Source: an uncultured Bacteroides sp. (lineage in GTDB: Bacteria; Bacteroidota; Bacteroidia; Bacteroidales; Muribaculaceae). Taken from it: DNA of 64,000 nt. Below are positions 1 through 10,230 of this stretch, piece after piece; the first letter of the stretch is position 1; every line of letters starts with the position of its first letter. The DNA lies in NCBI GenBank assembly GCA_964518705.1, contig CAZFGV010000005.1, positions 43,676 to 107,675 of the forward strand, in the 5' to 3' direction. Made by a program: the position numbers and the translations under genes. A model generated the notes under the pieces. That model worked only from the letters and a program-made list of their open reading frames with translations, made no database searches and was not told the origin of the DNA.

Positions 1-1
1 C

Positions 2-520
2 GACAGCGAATATTTATATCGCCGTCCGTGGCTCACAGCGCGACGAGACCGCGTTGAGCTTCCCGATGGTCGTATTCACCCGGAATACTATGTCTTGGAA
101 TATCCGTCGTGGATTAACATCATTGCAATTACCGAAGACGGCGATTTTGTTTTAGTAGAGCAATATCGCCACGGGCTCGGCGAAGTTTCGTTTGAGCTAT
201 GCGCCGGTGTGGTGGAAGACGGCGAAGAGCCTCTAGCTGCTGCTAAACGCGAACTTATGGAGGAAACAGGCTTCGGAGGCGGTTCGTGGGAACTTTACGC
301 CACTCTTAGCCCTAACGCCAGCGCGATGAACAACACCAGCTACACATTCCTCGCCCGCGGGGTGAAACGTTTAACTCAAAAACAACACCTTGACGACACC
401 GAAGATGTTGCCGTTCACGTCGTTAGCCGTGAGGAAGTTTACGAACTCCTATCCTCCGGACAACTCAAACAAGCCCTAATGGCGGCTCCTCTTTGGAAGT
501 TCTTTGCTCTAGATAAATAA
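2..520 (+). CDS. NUDIX hydrolase (ADP-ribose pyrophosphatase-like), 5' end outside window
   Basis: The frame is open from nt 2 (DSEYLYRRPWLTARRDRVELPDGRIHPEYYVLEYPSW...), so the TTG at 95 in the ORF track is not the true start. Nudix box GVVEDGEEPLAAAKRELMEETGF is present. Confidence 0.8.
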   Translation, partial: DSEYLYRRPWLTARRDRVELPDGRIHPEYYVLEYPSWINIIAITEDGDFVLVEQYRHGLGEVSFELCAGVVEDGEEPLAAAKRELMEETGFGGGSWELYATLSPNASAMNNTSYTFLARGVKRLTQKQHLDDTEDVAVHVVSREEVYELLSSGQLKQALMAAPLWKFFALDK

Positions 521-560
521 TACTCACAATAGAACATAACTACGATAAAATTTTACAGAA

Positions 561-1892
561 ATGAAAAAGATTCAAGTGAACATCACCGACGTTCTTGGAA
601 CCGTGAGTCACGCTGATATAGACGCTCTCGCTGCTGATGCCAAGAGCGGTCTTACCAAACTTGTTGACGGCACAGGTGAAGGTAACGATTTCCTCGGTTG
701 GGTAAAACTCCCTTCAGAAATCACCCCCGAACTTATCGATGACATCAACGCCACCGCTGCCGACTTGCGCGAAAAATGCGATGTTGTTGTTGCAATCGGC
801 ATCGGCGGTAGCTACCTCGGCGCTAAAGCCGTTATTGAAGCACTTTCTAACAGCTTCGCTGCATACCAGCCTGCCGGCACGCGCGTGCTTTTCGCCGGCC
901 AGAACATCGGCGAAGACTACTTGGCCGAACTCCAAGACTATCTCGCCGACAAAAAATTCGGCATCATCGTAATTTCAAAATCCGGCACCACTACCGAACC
1001 CGCTATCGCTTTCCGCGTTCTCCGCGAACAGCTCGAACGCCAACTCGGCCACGACGAAGCTGCTGCGCGTATCGTTGCCGTTACCGATGCCGCTCGCGGT
1101 GCGCTACGCACACTTGCTAACACTGAAGGCTACAAAACATACGTCATTCCCGACAACGTTGGCGGCCGTTTCTCGGTACTCACCCCGGTAGGCCTTCTCC
1201 CTATCGCCGTTGCAGGCTTCGACATCAGTGCCCTCGTTGCCGGTGCTAACGAAATGCAAGAATGCACTCTTAACGGCTCTGACACTCAGGCGCTCGAATA
1301 CGCTATGACGCGCAACGCACTTTACCAAGCCGGCAAAAAAATCGAAATCCTCGTTAACTTCAACCCCAAACTCCACTTCCTTGCCGAATGGTGGAAGCAA
1401 CTTTACGGCGAAAGCGAAGGTAAAGACCTTAAAGGCATCTTCCCTGCTTCGGTAGACGACACTACCGACTTGCACTCTATGGGTCAATGGATTCAAGACG
1501 GCGAACGCACTATCTTTGAAACCGTTATCACTGTTAACAACTCTGATCGCGAATTGCGCATTCCTTTCGACGAATCAAATCTCGACGGCCTCAACTACAT
1601 CGCCGGAAAACGCATCGACGAAGTAAACAAGATGGCAGAACTCGGCACTCGCATGGCGCACATCGACGGCGGCGTGCCTAACGTTCTCATCAAAATTGAC
1701 GACCTCAAAGAAGATACTCTCGGTCAACTCATTTACTTCTTCGAAGCAGCGTGCGGAATCTCGGGTTACATCCTCGGTGTAAATCCCTTCAACCAACCCG
1801 GCGTTGAAGCTTACAAGAAGAATATGTTTGCGCTCCTCGAAAAACCCGGTTACGAAGAAGCTTCTAAAGCTATCCGCGCAAAAATTAAATGA
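561..1892 (+). CDS. pgi: glucose-6-phosphate isomerase
   Basis: 443 aa, the short bacteroidete-type PGI length. Motifs [23 protein letters not shown] and LYGESEGK are present. Confidence 0.9.
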   Translation: MKKIQVNITDVLGTVSHADIDALAADAKSGLTKLVDGTGEGNDFLGWVKLPSEITPELIDDINATAADLREKCDVVVAIGIGGSYLGAKAVIEALSNSFAAYQPAGTRVLFAGQNIGEDYLAELQDYLADKKFGIIVISKSGTTTEPAIAFRVLREQLERQLGHDEAAARIVAVTDAARGALRTLANTEGYKTYVIPDNVGGRFSVLTPVGLLPIAVAGFDISALVAGANEMQECTLNGSDTQALEYAMTRNALYQAGKKIEILVNFNPKLHFLAEWWKQLYGESEGKDLKGIFPASVDDTTDLHSMGQWIQDGERTIFETVITVNNSDRELRIPFDESNLDGLNYIAGKRIDEVNKMAELGTRMAHIDGGVPNVLIKIDDLKEDTLGQLIYFFEAACGISGYILGVNPFNQPGVEAYKKNMFALLEKPGYEEASKAIRAKIK

Positions 1893-2773
1893 TGACAATC
1901 GAACAAGCTATCCGAGCCACAGCCGAACGCCCCGGTCCTATCGGGGTGTTCGACTCGGGTTACGGTGGCCTTACGATACTTAAAAGTCTGCGTCAGGCTA
2001 TGCCCGATGCAGACTTCCTATATCTTGGCGACAACGCGCGTGCACCGTACGGCCCAAGGTCTTTCGACCTCGTTTATCGCTTCACCCTCGAAGCTGTGCG
2101 ATACCTTTTTGCCCGTGGATGCCAATTAATAATTTTGGCATGCAACACCGCTTCCGCCAAAGCCTTACGCACCATCCAACAGCACGACCTTCCACACCTC
2201 GACCAGCGCAGACGCGTTTTAGGGGTTATCAGACCAACTGCCGAAGCTGTCAATGCCGCATCCTCTTCACGTCACGTCGGACTTTTCGGAACTCCCGGAA
2301 CCGTTGCATCACAGAGCTACGACATGGAGCTTTCCAAATTAGCTCCGGACGTCACTCTTACATCCCACGCTTGCCCCATGTGGGTGCCGTTGGTTGAATA
2401 TCGCGAAGCCGACGGAGATGGCGCCGACTTCTTCGTAAAAAAAGACATTGACGCTCTCTTTGCCTCCGACAAAGATATTGACACCCTCATTCTCGGCTGC
2501 ACGCATTATCCTATACTAATCAACAAGATACAAGCATATTTACCACAAAATGTGCGTATTTTGCATCAAGGACAAATCGTTGCCGACTCACTTGCCGACT
2601 ACTTGCGACGTCACCCCGAAATCGACGTCCTAATAACACGCCACGGCAACACCGAATACCTCACCACCGAAGACTCTGCAAAATTCTCGGCAATGGCATC
2701 TGTATTTATGCAAAGCAACGCCACCGCCACCAAAGTTACAGACCTATCCTCCCTCCCCGACATCTCTTTTTAG
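1889..2773 (+). CDS. murI: glutamate racemase
   Basis: [18 protein letters not shown] and GCTHYP catalytic-Cys motifs. ATGA start/stop overlap with pgi. Confidence 0.9.
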   Translation: MMTIEQAIRATAERPGPIGVFDSGYGGLTILKSLRQAMPDADFLYLGDNARAPYGPRSFDLVYRFTLEAVRYLFARGCQLIILACNTASAKALRTIQQHDLPHLDQRRRVLGVIRPTAEAVNAASSSRHVGLFGTPGTVASQSYDMELSKLAPDVTLTSHACPMWVPLVEYREADGDGADFFVKKDIDALFASDKDIDTLILGCTHYPILINKIQAYLPQNVRILHQGQIVADSLADYLRRHPEIDVLITRHGNTEYLTTEDSAKFSAMASVFMQSNATATKVTDLSSLPDISF

Positions 2774-3014
2774 GCGTCTTTTACAAATCACATCATCACA
2801 TTCTATTGCTGCGAAACAATTTCAAAACAACGAGATTTTAGCACTATATAAAACAACAATCCAACCGAAGCGCCAACAAAAACTACAATCACAACAACAT
2901 TTATTACGTTTAATTTTTCTTCGCACAAAAGGCTTTTTGGCGTTAAAAACATATAAATAAGTAAGTTTTACGAGCTTTTAGCAGTTTCCGTTTGCCCTAT
3001 TGCGCCAAAAACTA

Positions 3015-3022
3015 TAATTTTG
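3015..3022 (+). promoter_or_regulatory. candidate Bacteroides-type -7 box (TAATTTTG)
   Basis: Matches TAnnTTTG about 25 nt upstream of the ATG at 3047. Confidence 0.3.
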
Positions 3023-3046
3023 CATCTTGAATTAGCGTAATCTCTA

Positions 3047-4486
3047 ATGAAGAAAATATTTGTACTCAGCCTGACAGCCCTTTTTGCCGGCGCTTTTGCT
3101 GCCTGCAACTCATCGACTAGCGATGTGATTGAGTTGTCATCGAGCACGGCTGTCAACTCTTTTTCCCTTTCTGCCGACACCGACATCATGTCCGGTCTCG
3201 ACTCGGTGTTCTTTTCTATAGATCTCGAGCGTGCTCAAATTTTTAATGCCGACTCGTTGCCTTACGGCACGGCAGTAAATAAACTCGTGCCCATCATTTC
3301 TGTCAATAATGGTGCTAGTGCGGCTACCCTCACCGTTACTCGTCATAACGGAACTGACACTGTATACAACTACCTTACTAATAGCACCGACAGCATCGAT
3401 TTTACATACCCTGTAAAGCTATCGCTAACATCGATGGACGGCACGGCTTCGCGTGATTACACTATTAAAGTCAACGTTCACAAACTCGTTGGCGACTCTT
3501 TGGCATGGAGTCAAACCGCTCGTCGTCGTCTTCCTTCTTCTTTAGGTGCGCCTATTCGTCAGCACACATCAGGAAACGACAACGCCATTTGGTGCTTGAC
3601 TAATGCAGGAAACTCGTGGAGCCTTTCAAAAGCAACTTCACCTGACAGCGATTGGGACTCTTTCACATCAAACATCCCGGAAAACGCTAATATCGAATCT
3701 TTTACAGCGACTGACGATGCTCTTTACATCCTCGCTGACGGCGTCCTTTTAACTTCTGCAAACGGAGTTGATTGGTCTGAAACAAACTACACACTCGATT
3801 ATATCTACGGCGCTTACGGCACTCAAATTATCGGAGCTAAAAACACCAACGACTCTTGGCAAATAGCATACTATCCTTCCGGCGTCACTGAAGCGCTTCC
3901 CGAAGGTATGCCTGTTAGCGGTGCTTCGCAAGCTGTCAAAGTTGAATTTCCTTTCGCCGACGCTGCTCAGATTTACATCACCGGTGGCATTATGGCTGAC
4001 GGAAACCGCACAGGACACACTTGGGCTTACGATGGCAACTCGTGGGCGTGCATTTCAAACACTCCTATCCCAACAGCCCTCAGCGGTATGGTTATGATAC
4101 CTTACTACAACTTCGTTGGCAATGGTGGTTTGTACGACAAAAAATACTCAGCATTCATTGCTTTCGGCGGATCTACAGGCAAAGCTATAAATCGCACCGT
4201 ATACATCTCTGACGACTACGGCATATCATGGCGTAAAGGTGATGCTAGCATCCAACTTCCCTCTTTCGTTCCCTCTGTCAACGGCGCTCAAGCTTTCGTC
4301 GCTCCTATGACTTTGCACGCTCGTTCTAACGAATGGGAATTTCCGGCATCTCGCGCTACCAAGCCCGTTTCCGAATGGGAGTGTCCGTTCATCTATCTCT
4401 TCGGAGGCATAACTCCGGAAGGCACTCTTTCTAACTACATCTATCGCGGAGCTTTGAACCGCTTTGTTTTCAAGCCTATACAATAA
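3047..4486 (+). CDS. lipoprotein of unknown function, possible Kelch-like beta-propeller C-terminal half
   Basis: Lipobox LFAGAFAAC. Recurrent YITGG / AFGGS / LFGGIT-type repeats in the C-terminal half. No catalytic motif recognised. Confidence 0.6.
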   Translation: MKKIFVLSLTALFAGAFAACNSSTSDVIELSSSTAVNSFSLSADTDIMSGLDSVFFSIDLERAQIFNADSLPYGTAVNKLVPIISVNNGASAATLTVTRHNGTDTVYNYLTNSTDSIDFTYPVKLSLTSMDGTASRDYTIKVNVHKLVGDSLAWSQTARRRLPSSLGAPIRQHTSGNDNAIWCLTNAGNSWSLSKATSPDSDWDSFTSNIPENANIESFTATDDALYILADGVLLTSANGVDWSETNYTLDYIYGAYGTQIIGAKNTNDSWQIAYYPSGVTEALPEGMPVSGASQAVKVEFPFADAAQIYITGGIMADGNRTGHTWAYDGNSWACISNTPIPTALSGMVMIPYYNFVGNGGLYDKKYSAFIAFGGSTGKAINRTVYISDDYGISWRKGDASIQLPSFVPSVNGAQAFVAPMTLHARSNEWEFPASRATKPVSEWECPFIYLFGGITPEGTLSNYIYRGALNRFVFKPIQ

Positions 4487-5199
4487 TGATATATAACAAC
4501 ACATCATTTTTGAAACGCCTCACCGTCACCGCGGTGGTGGCGATTTTCGCTGTGTTGTTACCTTTTATATCTTCGGCTCAAACATCACCCTATAAATTCG
4601 ATTTCGGTGCTCAATTAGGCATGAGCGGATACATCGGCGAAGCCAACACATCAAACCCTTTCGCACACCCCGGTTTCGACGGCGAAATATCGGCTCGTTA
4701 CATCGCCGACTCGCGTTGGGCGTTGAGGGCCGTGTTGTCAACGTTCAGCCTCTCAGGCTCTACTGACGACATCGCCGACATTCTTCCCGATGGTAATAGC
4801 TATTCGTTCAAATCGCAGGTATACGACCTTGGCTTTCGCGCCGAGTTCAACTTTTTTGCCTACGGCATCGGCGAAACATACAAACGCCTCCGCCGTTGGA
4901 CTCCTTACCTCGCCCTTGGCATTGGCGGCGCTGTTTCTTCTGCTGATGGCAACAGTGCGGTAGCTTTCACTGTCCCGATGGCATTCGGTTTAAAGTTCAA
5001 AATCAAACCGCGACTCAACCTCGGACTCGAATTTTCGATGACTAAAGCCTTCTCTGACAACTTCGACGGCAAACAGCTTGTCGATTTAAATCAAATAAAA
5101 ACCGCGTTCTACAAAAACACCGATTGGTACTCACGATTCACCATCGGCATCTCTTACGAATTTGGCGAACGCTGTGAAACTTGCCACTATGTCGACTGA
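4486..5199 (+). CDS. small outer-membrane beta-barrel protein (DUF6089 / PorG-like)
   Basis: Signal peptide ending SSAQ, alternating beta-strand pattern, aromatic C-terminal region. It sits directly upstream of uppS-bamA-ompH-ompH, the position I recall for PorG in Porphyromonas gingivalis (from memory, needs checking). Confidence 0.55.
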   Translation: MIYNNTSFLKRLTVTAVVAIFAVLLPFISSAQTSPYKFDFGAQLGMSGYIGEANTSNPFAHPGFDGEISARYIADSRWALRAVLSTFSLSGSTDDIADILPDGNSYSFKSQVYDLGFRAEFNFFAYGIGETYKRLRRWTPYLALGIGGAVSSADGNSAVAFTVPMAFGLKFKIKPRLNLGLEFSMTKAFSDNFDGKQLVDLNQIKTAFYKNTDWYSRFTIGISYEFGERCETCHYVD

Positions 5200-5941
5200 C
5201 GCACCTACACTCAATCTCTCAGCAATACCGTCGCACATTGCCATCATCATGGACGGCAATGGCAGATGGGCACAAGCTCGTGGACTTGACAGATCGGAAG
5301 GCCATGTCGCCGGAGTTACTACAGTGCGACAAATCACTGAAGAAGCTTCGGCCCTAGGGGTTAAATTCTTAACTCTTTACACCTTCTCGACCGAAAACTG
5401 GCGTCGTCCAAAGCAAGAAGTCGATGCTCTTATGAACCTTATCGTGACGGCTATCGAACGCGAAACGCCCGACTTGATAAAAAACAACGTGCGCCTCGAC
5501 TCTATTGGCGACATGGACCGCATGCCCGAATATGCTCGCCAACGACTTAACGCGTGTATGCAACAAACAGCACATTGCAACGGACTAACTCTTGTCCTTG
5601 CACTGAGCTACTCTGCTCGCTGGGAAATCGTGCGCGCAGCGCAGTTGATCGCTAATGATGTCAAAAACGGAATTTTAAACCCCGACGACATTAACGACGA
5701 CACTTTCGTTGCCAAACTCGCTACGGCAAATATGCCTGACCCGGACCTCCTTATCCGAACAGGCGGCGACAACAGAATTAGCAACTTCCTCCTTTATCAA
5801 ATAGCTTATACTGAAATAATTGTGACCCCGACTTTTTGGCCCGATTACTCCAAAAACGATTTTCGTAACGACATTGCTAACTTCCAAAAACGTCAACGTC
5901 GTTTCGGTATGACAGGCGAACAAGTTACTCACAAGAATTAA
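5189..5941 (+). CDS. uppS: isoprenyl transferase / undecaprenyl-diphosphate synthase
   Basis: HIAIIMDGNGRWA, FSTENWRRP and RTGG..RISNFLLYQ motifs. Start moved from the TTG at 5162 to the ATG at 5189, which overlaps the upstream stop by 11 nt. Confidence 0.9.
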   Translation: MSTDAPTLNLSAIPSHIAIIMDGNGRWAQARGLDRSEGHVAGVTTVRQITEEASALGVKFLTLYTFSTENWRRPKQEVDALMNLIVTAIERETPDLIKNNVRLDSIGDMDRMPEYARQRLNACMQQTAHCNGLTLVLALSYSARWEIVRAAQLIANDVKNGILNPDDINDDTFVAKLATANMPDPDLLIRTGGDNRISNFLLYQIAYTEIIVTPTFWPDYSKNDFRNDIANFQKRQRRFGMTGEQVTHKN

Positions 5942-5965
5942 ATAGCCCGACACAGTCATCACATC

Positions 5966-8581
5966 ATGCGTATAAAATTTCTTATTGCACTGCTGACTCT
6001 ACTAACCGTCACTGCCGCTAAAGCTCAAGCGCCTAACGACACTATCTACAGCCCCAAAGTTGTATACTCGGCCATGCCCAAAACTTACGAAATTGCCGAT
6101 ATCGCAATCGAAGGGGCACCGAACTATGACGATTTCATCATCCTCGGTTACGCCGGTCTAAAAGTCGGCGACAGACTGACTATTCCCGGTGATGACATCA
6201 CTAACGCAGTTAAACGATTGATGCGTCAGACTCTGTTCTCGCAAGCTCGCGTCGAACTCGACAAAACCGTCGGCGACAAAGCGTGGTTGCGTATCAAACT
6301 GCGCACTCAGCCGCGTATCGCGGAAGTGAACTATATCGGCGCGAAAAAAGGCGAAATTAAAGACTTGCAAGAACGTTTGCAACTCGTTAAGGGCAACCAA
6401 ATTACGCAAAATATCGTAAACCGTATTATCGCCATTTCTGAAAAATACTATAAAGATAAAGGTTTCGGTAACGCTACGGTAAAAGTTAACCTTCGCGAAG
6501 ACTTATCAAACGCTAACGAAACTTTCGTTGACATCGTTGTTGACAAAAATCAAAAAGTTAAGGTTCACAAAATCTACATCTCAGGCAACGAAGTCCTTTC
6601 TGATGGTGCTATAAAACGTACCATGAAGAAAACCAACGAAAAAGGTAGCCTCGCTAAACTTTTCTCGCAGAAAAAATTCGTAGAAAACGATTATCACGAC
6701 GACTTGAATCGCATCCTCGAAAAATATAACGAAAAAGGTTATCGCGACGCTCGCATCGTGGCTGACTCTGTCGTTACATACAACGAAAAGACTGTCGACG
6801 TTTACATTAACGTTGACGAAGGCCGTCAATACTTTATCAAAGACATCAAATGGGTCGGTAACACCGTATATCCCAACGAAATACTTAACGACTACCTCGG
6901 AATGCAGGCTGGCGACGTTTACGACCAAAAGCAACTTCGCAAACGCCTCACCGACGACGAGGACGCCGTGTCGAACCTTTACATGGACCATGGTTACTTG
7001 TTCTACTCTATCAACCCCATCGAACGCGACATCGACGGTGACTCGATTTCGCTCGAAATGCGTATGATGGAAGGTCCGCAGGCGCGTATTAACAACGTTG
7101 TCATAAACGGTAACGACCACCTTTACGAAAAAGTTATCCGCCGCGAACTGCGTGTTCGTCCGGGCGACCTATTCAGCAAAAGCGACCTCATGCGTTCTGC
7201 TCGCGAAATCGCTCAAACAGGACACTTCAACCCCGAAACAATGGACATCCAGCCGCAGCCTAACGAAGAAAACGGAACCGTGGACATCGTTTTCAATCTC
7301 GAATCTAAGGCTAACGACCAAATCGAATTCTCGCTCGGTTGGGGTCAGACGGGTATTATTGGTAAATTGCAATTGAAATTCACAAACTTCTCTATAAAGA
7401 ACCTCTTCTACCCCAGCACCTACCGAGGCATCATCCCTCAGGGCGAAGGTCAAACTTTCTCTATCAGCGCTCAAACGAACGCTCGATACTATCAAAGTTA
7501 CGCTATCTCGTTCCTCGACCCATGGTTCGGTGGCAAACGTCCTAACTCGCTCTCGGTATCGGCTTACTACAGCCGCCAAACCGGCGTGAACAGCTCGTTC
7601 TACAATAGATCGTGGGCGAACTCGTCTATTTGGAACAGCGGATACGGATACTACCCCGGTTACAGCTACAATGACTACTACGAAAACAGCTACCAAAACT
7701 CTCTCGACCCCAACAAGGTGCTTCAAATGGTGGGTATTAACGTCGGTTTCGGCAAACGTCTTAAATGGCCCGATGACTGGTTTACTTTCACTGCCGAACT
7801 CGGCTACAACTGGTATTACCTCAAAAACTGGGACTACCTATACTATATGAACACCGGTACGTCGAACGCTATCGTCCTCGGCCTTACCTTGGCGCGTAAC
7901 TCTATCGACAACCCCATTTACACACGTAGCGGTTCGCAGTTCTCTCTTAACCTGCAAATCACTCCCCCAGCTTCGCTTTTCACCGGTAAACGTAACTGGA
8001 AAAAACTCTCGGAACAAGGAACCACCGAAAGCAAAAAGCAGCTTTACGAATGGATTGAATATTGGAAATTGCGCTTCAAATCTCGCACTTACACTCCCCT
8101 CTCGACAAGCCAGCAATGGACTCCTGTCTTGATGACCCGATTCGACTTCGGTTTGCTCGGCAGCTTCAATAAATACCTCAAAACACCGTTCGAAACATTC
8201 TATGTCGGCGGTGACGGTATGTCAGGATCTGTTACTTACGCCACTGAAACAATCGCACTTCGCGGTTACGACAACGGTAGCCTCACTCCTTGGACTCGCG
8301 AAGGCCGTGCTTACACTCGCATGGGCGTAGAACTTCACTTCCCCCTAATGCTTCAGCAAAGCACAACAATCTATGCCCTCGCATTCCTCGAAGGTGGTAA
8401 CGCTTGGACTTCTGTCGCCGAATTCAACCCATTCTCACTAAAACGCTCTGCTGGTGCCGGTGTACGTATTCAATTGCCTATGGTAGGTCTTATGGGTATC
8501 GACTGGGCATATGGTTTCGACCGTGTTGAAGGTACTACCGGTGGGTCACACTTCCACTTTATTCTCGGTCAAGAATTCTAA
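5966..8581 (+). CDS. bamA: outer membrane protein assembly factor BamA
   Basis: 871 aa with a signal peptide, POTRA-like repeats, a C-terminal Omp85 barrel and a terminal aromatic residue (ILGQEF). Confidence 0.9.
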   Translation: MRIKFLIALLTLLTVTAAKAQAPNDTIYSPKVVYSAMPKTYEIADIAIEGAPNYDDFIILGYAGLKVGDRLTIPGDDITNAVKRLMRQTLFSQARVELDKTVGDKAWLRIKLRTQPRIAEVNYIGAKKGEIKDLQERLQLVKGNQITQNIVNRIIAISEKYYKDKGFGNATVKVNLREDLSNANETFVDIVVDKNQKVKVHKIYISGNEVLSDGAIKRTMKKTNEKGSLAKLFSQKKFVENDYHDDLNRILEKYNEKGYRDARIVADSVVTYNEKTVDVYINVDEGRQYFIKDIKWVGNTVYPNEILNDYLGMQAGDVYDQKQLRKRLTDDEDAVSNLYMDHGYLFYSINPIERDIDGDSISLEMRMMEGPQARINNVVINGNDHLYEKVIRRELRVRPGDLFSKSDLMRSAREIAQTGHFNPETMDIQPQPNEENGTVDIVFNLESKANDQIEFSLGWGQTGIIGKLQLKFTNFSIKNLFYPSTYRGIIPQGEGQTFSISAQTNARYYQSYAISFLDPWFGGKRPNSLSVSAYYSRQTGVNSSFYNRSWANSSIWNSGYGYYPGYSYNDYYENSYQNSLDPNKVLQMVGINVGFGKRLKWPDDWFTFTAELGYNWYYLKNWDYLYYMNTGTSNAIVLGLTLARNSIDNPIYTRSGSQFSLNLQITPPASLFTGKRNWKKLSEQGTTESKKQLYEWIEYWKLRFKSRTYTPLSTSQQWTPVLMTRFDFGLLGSFNKYLKTPFETFYVGGDGMSGSVTYATETIALRGYDNGSLTPWTREGRAYTRMGVELHFPLMLQQSTTIYALAFLEGGNAWTSVAEFNPFSLKRSAGAGVRIQLPMVGLMGIDWAYGFDRVEGTTGGSHFHFILGQEF

Positions 8582-8639
8582 TAGCACTAAACCTTTACTC
8601 GCCTAAAGCGTCTATACATTAAACACTAAAATTACAGCT

Positions 8640-9155
8640 ATGAAGAAACTCGCTCTTACAATCGTCCTCCTCGTCGCTGCTGCCTTGCCTTCTTTCGCGC
8701 AGAAGTTCGCTATGGTTGACATGGAATACATTTTCAAGAACGTGCCCGCATACGAAATGGCGAACGAACAGCTTAACCAACTTTCGCAACGTTGGCAAAA
8801 AGAAGTCGAAGCCGTTTCTAAAGAAGCTGAAAATCTTTACAACAAATTCCTCGCGGACAAAGTATTCCTTACCGACGAACAATCAAAAAAACGCGAAGAA
8901 GAAATTGTCGCTAAAGAAAAAGAAGTAACAGAATTGCGTTACAAATACTTCGGACCCGAAGGCGAACTATATCAAAAACGCCAATCGCTCCTCAAACCAA
9001 TACAAGACGACGTTTACAACGCCGTTAAAAAAGTTGCCGAAGAACGCGGGTTCCAAGCTATATTCGACAGAGCTTCTGCTTCTGATATCGTTTACGCTTC
9101 GCCGCGTATCGATATTTCAAACGATGTTCTCACCCGTTTGGGCTACTCAAATTAA
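8640..9155 (+). CDS. OmpH/Skp-family periplasmic chaperone
   Basis: 171 aa with a signal peptide and a coiled-coil K/E-rich middle. Canonical position after bamA. Confidence 0.85.
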   Translation: MKKLALTIVLLVAAALPSFAQKFAMVDMEYIFKNVPAYEMANEQLNQLSQRWQKEVEAVSKEAENLYNKFLADKVFLTDEQSKKREEEIVAKEKEVTELRYKYFGPEGELYQKRQSLLKPIQDDVYNAVKKVAEERGFQAIFDRASASDIVYASPRIDISNDVLTRLGYSN

Positions 9156-9207
9156 TTTTGTATATTTGCACTCTCAATTTATTGATAATAACAAAACCTA
9201 AATACTC

Positions 9208-9714
9208 ATGATGCTTAAGAAAATCCTTCTTGCACTCGTAGTTGCGTTGCCTTTCAGCGCACTCGCTCAGAAATTCGGTACTGTTGACCTCCAAACAATC
9301 TACACTGCTATGCCCGAAACAGCAGCTATGGAGACTCAAATCAAAGAAACTTCTCAGAAGTACGAAGCTGAGTTCCAAAAACTTCAGGACGAAGTTAACA
9401 AACTCTACGCCGACTACCAAACAATACAGAACGACCCCAACACTCCCGAATCTATCAAGGAACGTCGTATTCAAGAAATCCAAGAACGCGCTCAGAAAGT
9501 AGAACAGTTCCGCAACACCGCTATGCAAGACATCCAGCGCATGCAAGAACAGCTCATGGCGCCCATCCAAACTAAACTCAACGACGCTGTTAAAGCCGTT
9601 GGCGCTGAAGGTGCTTTCACTTTCATCTTCCCTATGGAACCCGCTATGATCCTTTATCAAGGTGCTGACGTTGTTGACGTTACCCCCCTTGTTCGCACAA
9701 AGCTCGGTATCTAA
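9208..9714 (+). CDS. OmpH/Skp-family periplasmic chaperone (second copy)
   Basis: 168 aa with a signal peptide ending ALAQ and a Q/E-rich coiled coil. Tandem with the first ompH. Confidence 0.85.
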   Translation: MMLKKILLALVVALPFSALAQKFGTVDLQTIYTAMPETAAMETQIKETSQKYEAEFQKLQDEVNKLYADYQTIQNDPNTPESIKERRIQEIQERAQKVEQFRNTAMQDIQRMQEQLMAPIQTKLNDAVKAVGAEGAFTFIFPMEPAMILYQGADVVDVTPLVRTKLGI

Positions 9715-9738
9715 TTAACACTCCATACCAAAACACTA

Positions 9739-9766
9739 GGCTGCATTCCTCAATGCAGCCTTTTTT
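9739..9766 (+). terminator. rho-independent terminator after ompH
   Basis: GGCTGCATT / AATGCAGCC stem followed by TTTTTT. Confidence 0.65.
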
Positions 9767-9881
9767 GTTGTCATACACGCCGATAATAACTCAAATCACC
9801 CAAACACTCACAGGTAGCCAAAAACCTCGTCAAATCAAACAAAAAACACCTATAAAGCCTCATTCCCTTTGACAAACAAGC

Positions 9882-10174
9882 AACGCTCTGGGCTCCGGTC
9901 AAAATTCCAAACCAACGCTCTTTGGCTCTATGGTAAACTTTGGCTCTTTGGTTTATATGACATATGACTTTAGCTATCAGAAAAATTTAACCAAAGGACC
10001 AGAGCGTTACTTTTGCCAGCCTCCACATTTTAATCCATAGAACCAAAGCTTACCAAAGTACACGATTCTCAAACAACAACGCTATAGAACTCCGGTTAAA
10101 ATCCCAAAGCCAATGCTCTATGGTTCTATGGTAAACTTTGGTACTTTGGTCAAAATCCCAAAGCCAACGCTATA
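9882..10174. repeat. composite CTTTGG/CTATGG-rich repeat cluster R1
   Basis: Head motif AACGCTCTGG..CCGG at 9882 (+), 9987-10008 (inverted) and 10078 (+). Core CTATGG..CTTTGG..CTTTGG at 9926-9953 (+), 10035-10060 (inverted) and 10116-10150 (+). A 15-nt perfect direct repeat AAAATCCCAAAGCCA occurs at 10098 and 10152. Confidence 0.85.
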
Positions 10175-10210
10175 CAAAAACAGCCGCCACGAGAAACCCG
10201 TAGCGGCTGT
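10175..10210 (-). terminator. rho-independent terminator of the pilus-type operon
   Basis: On the minus strand, ACAGCCGC / GCGGCTGT stem followed by TTTTTG, about 20 nt after the stop at 10231. Confidence 0.6.
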
Positions 10211-10230
10211 TGTTTATTTATCAACAACTA

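Noticed and set aside
9882-10174. CRISPR array
   Set aside because: The repeats are short (6-35 nt), imperfect and mixed in orientation. They lack regular repeat-spacer periodicity, and no cas genes are in the window.
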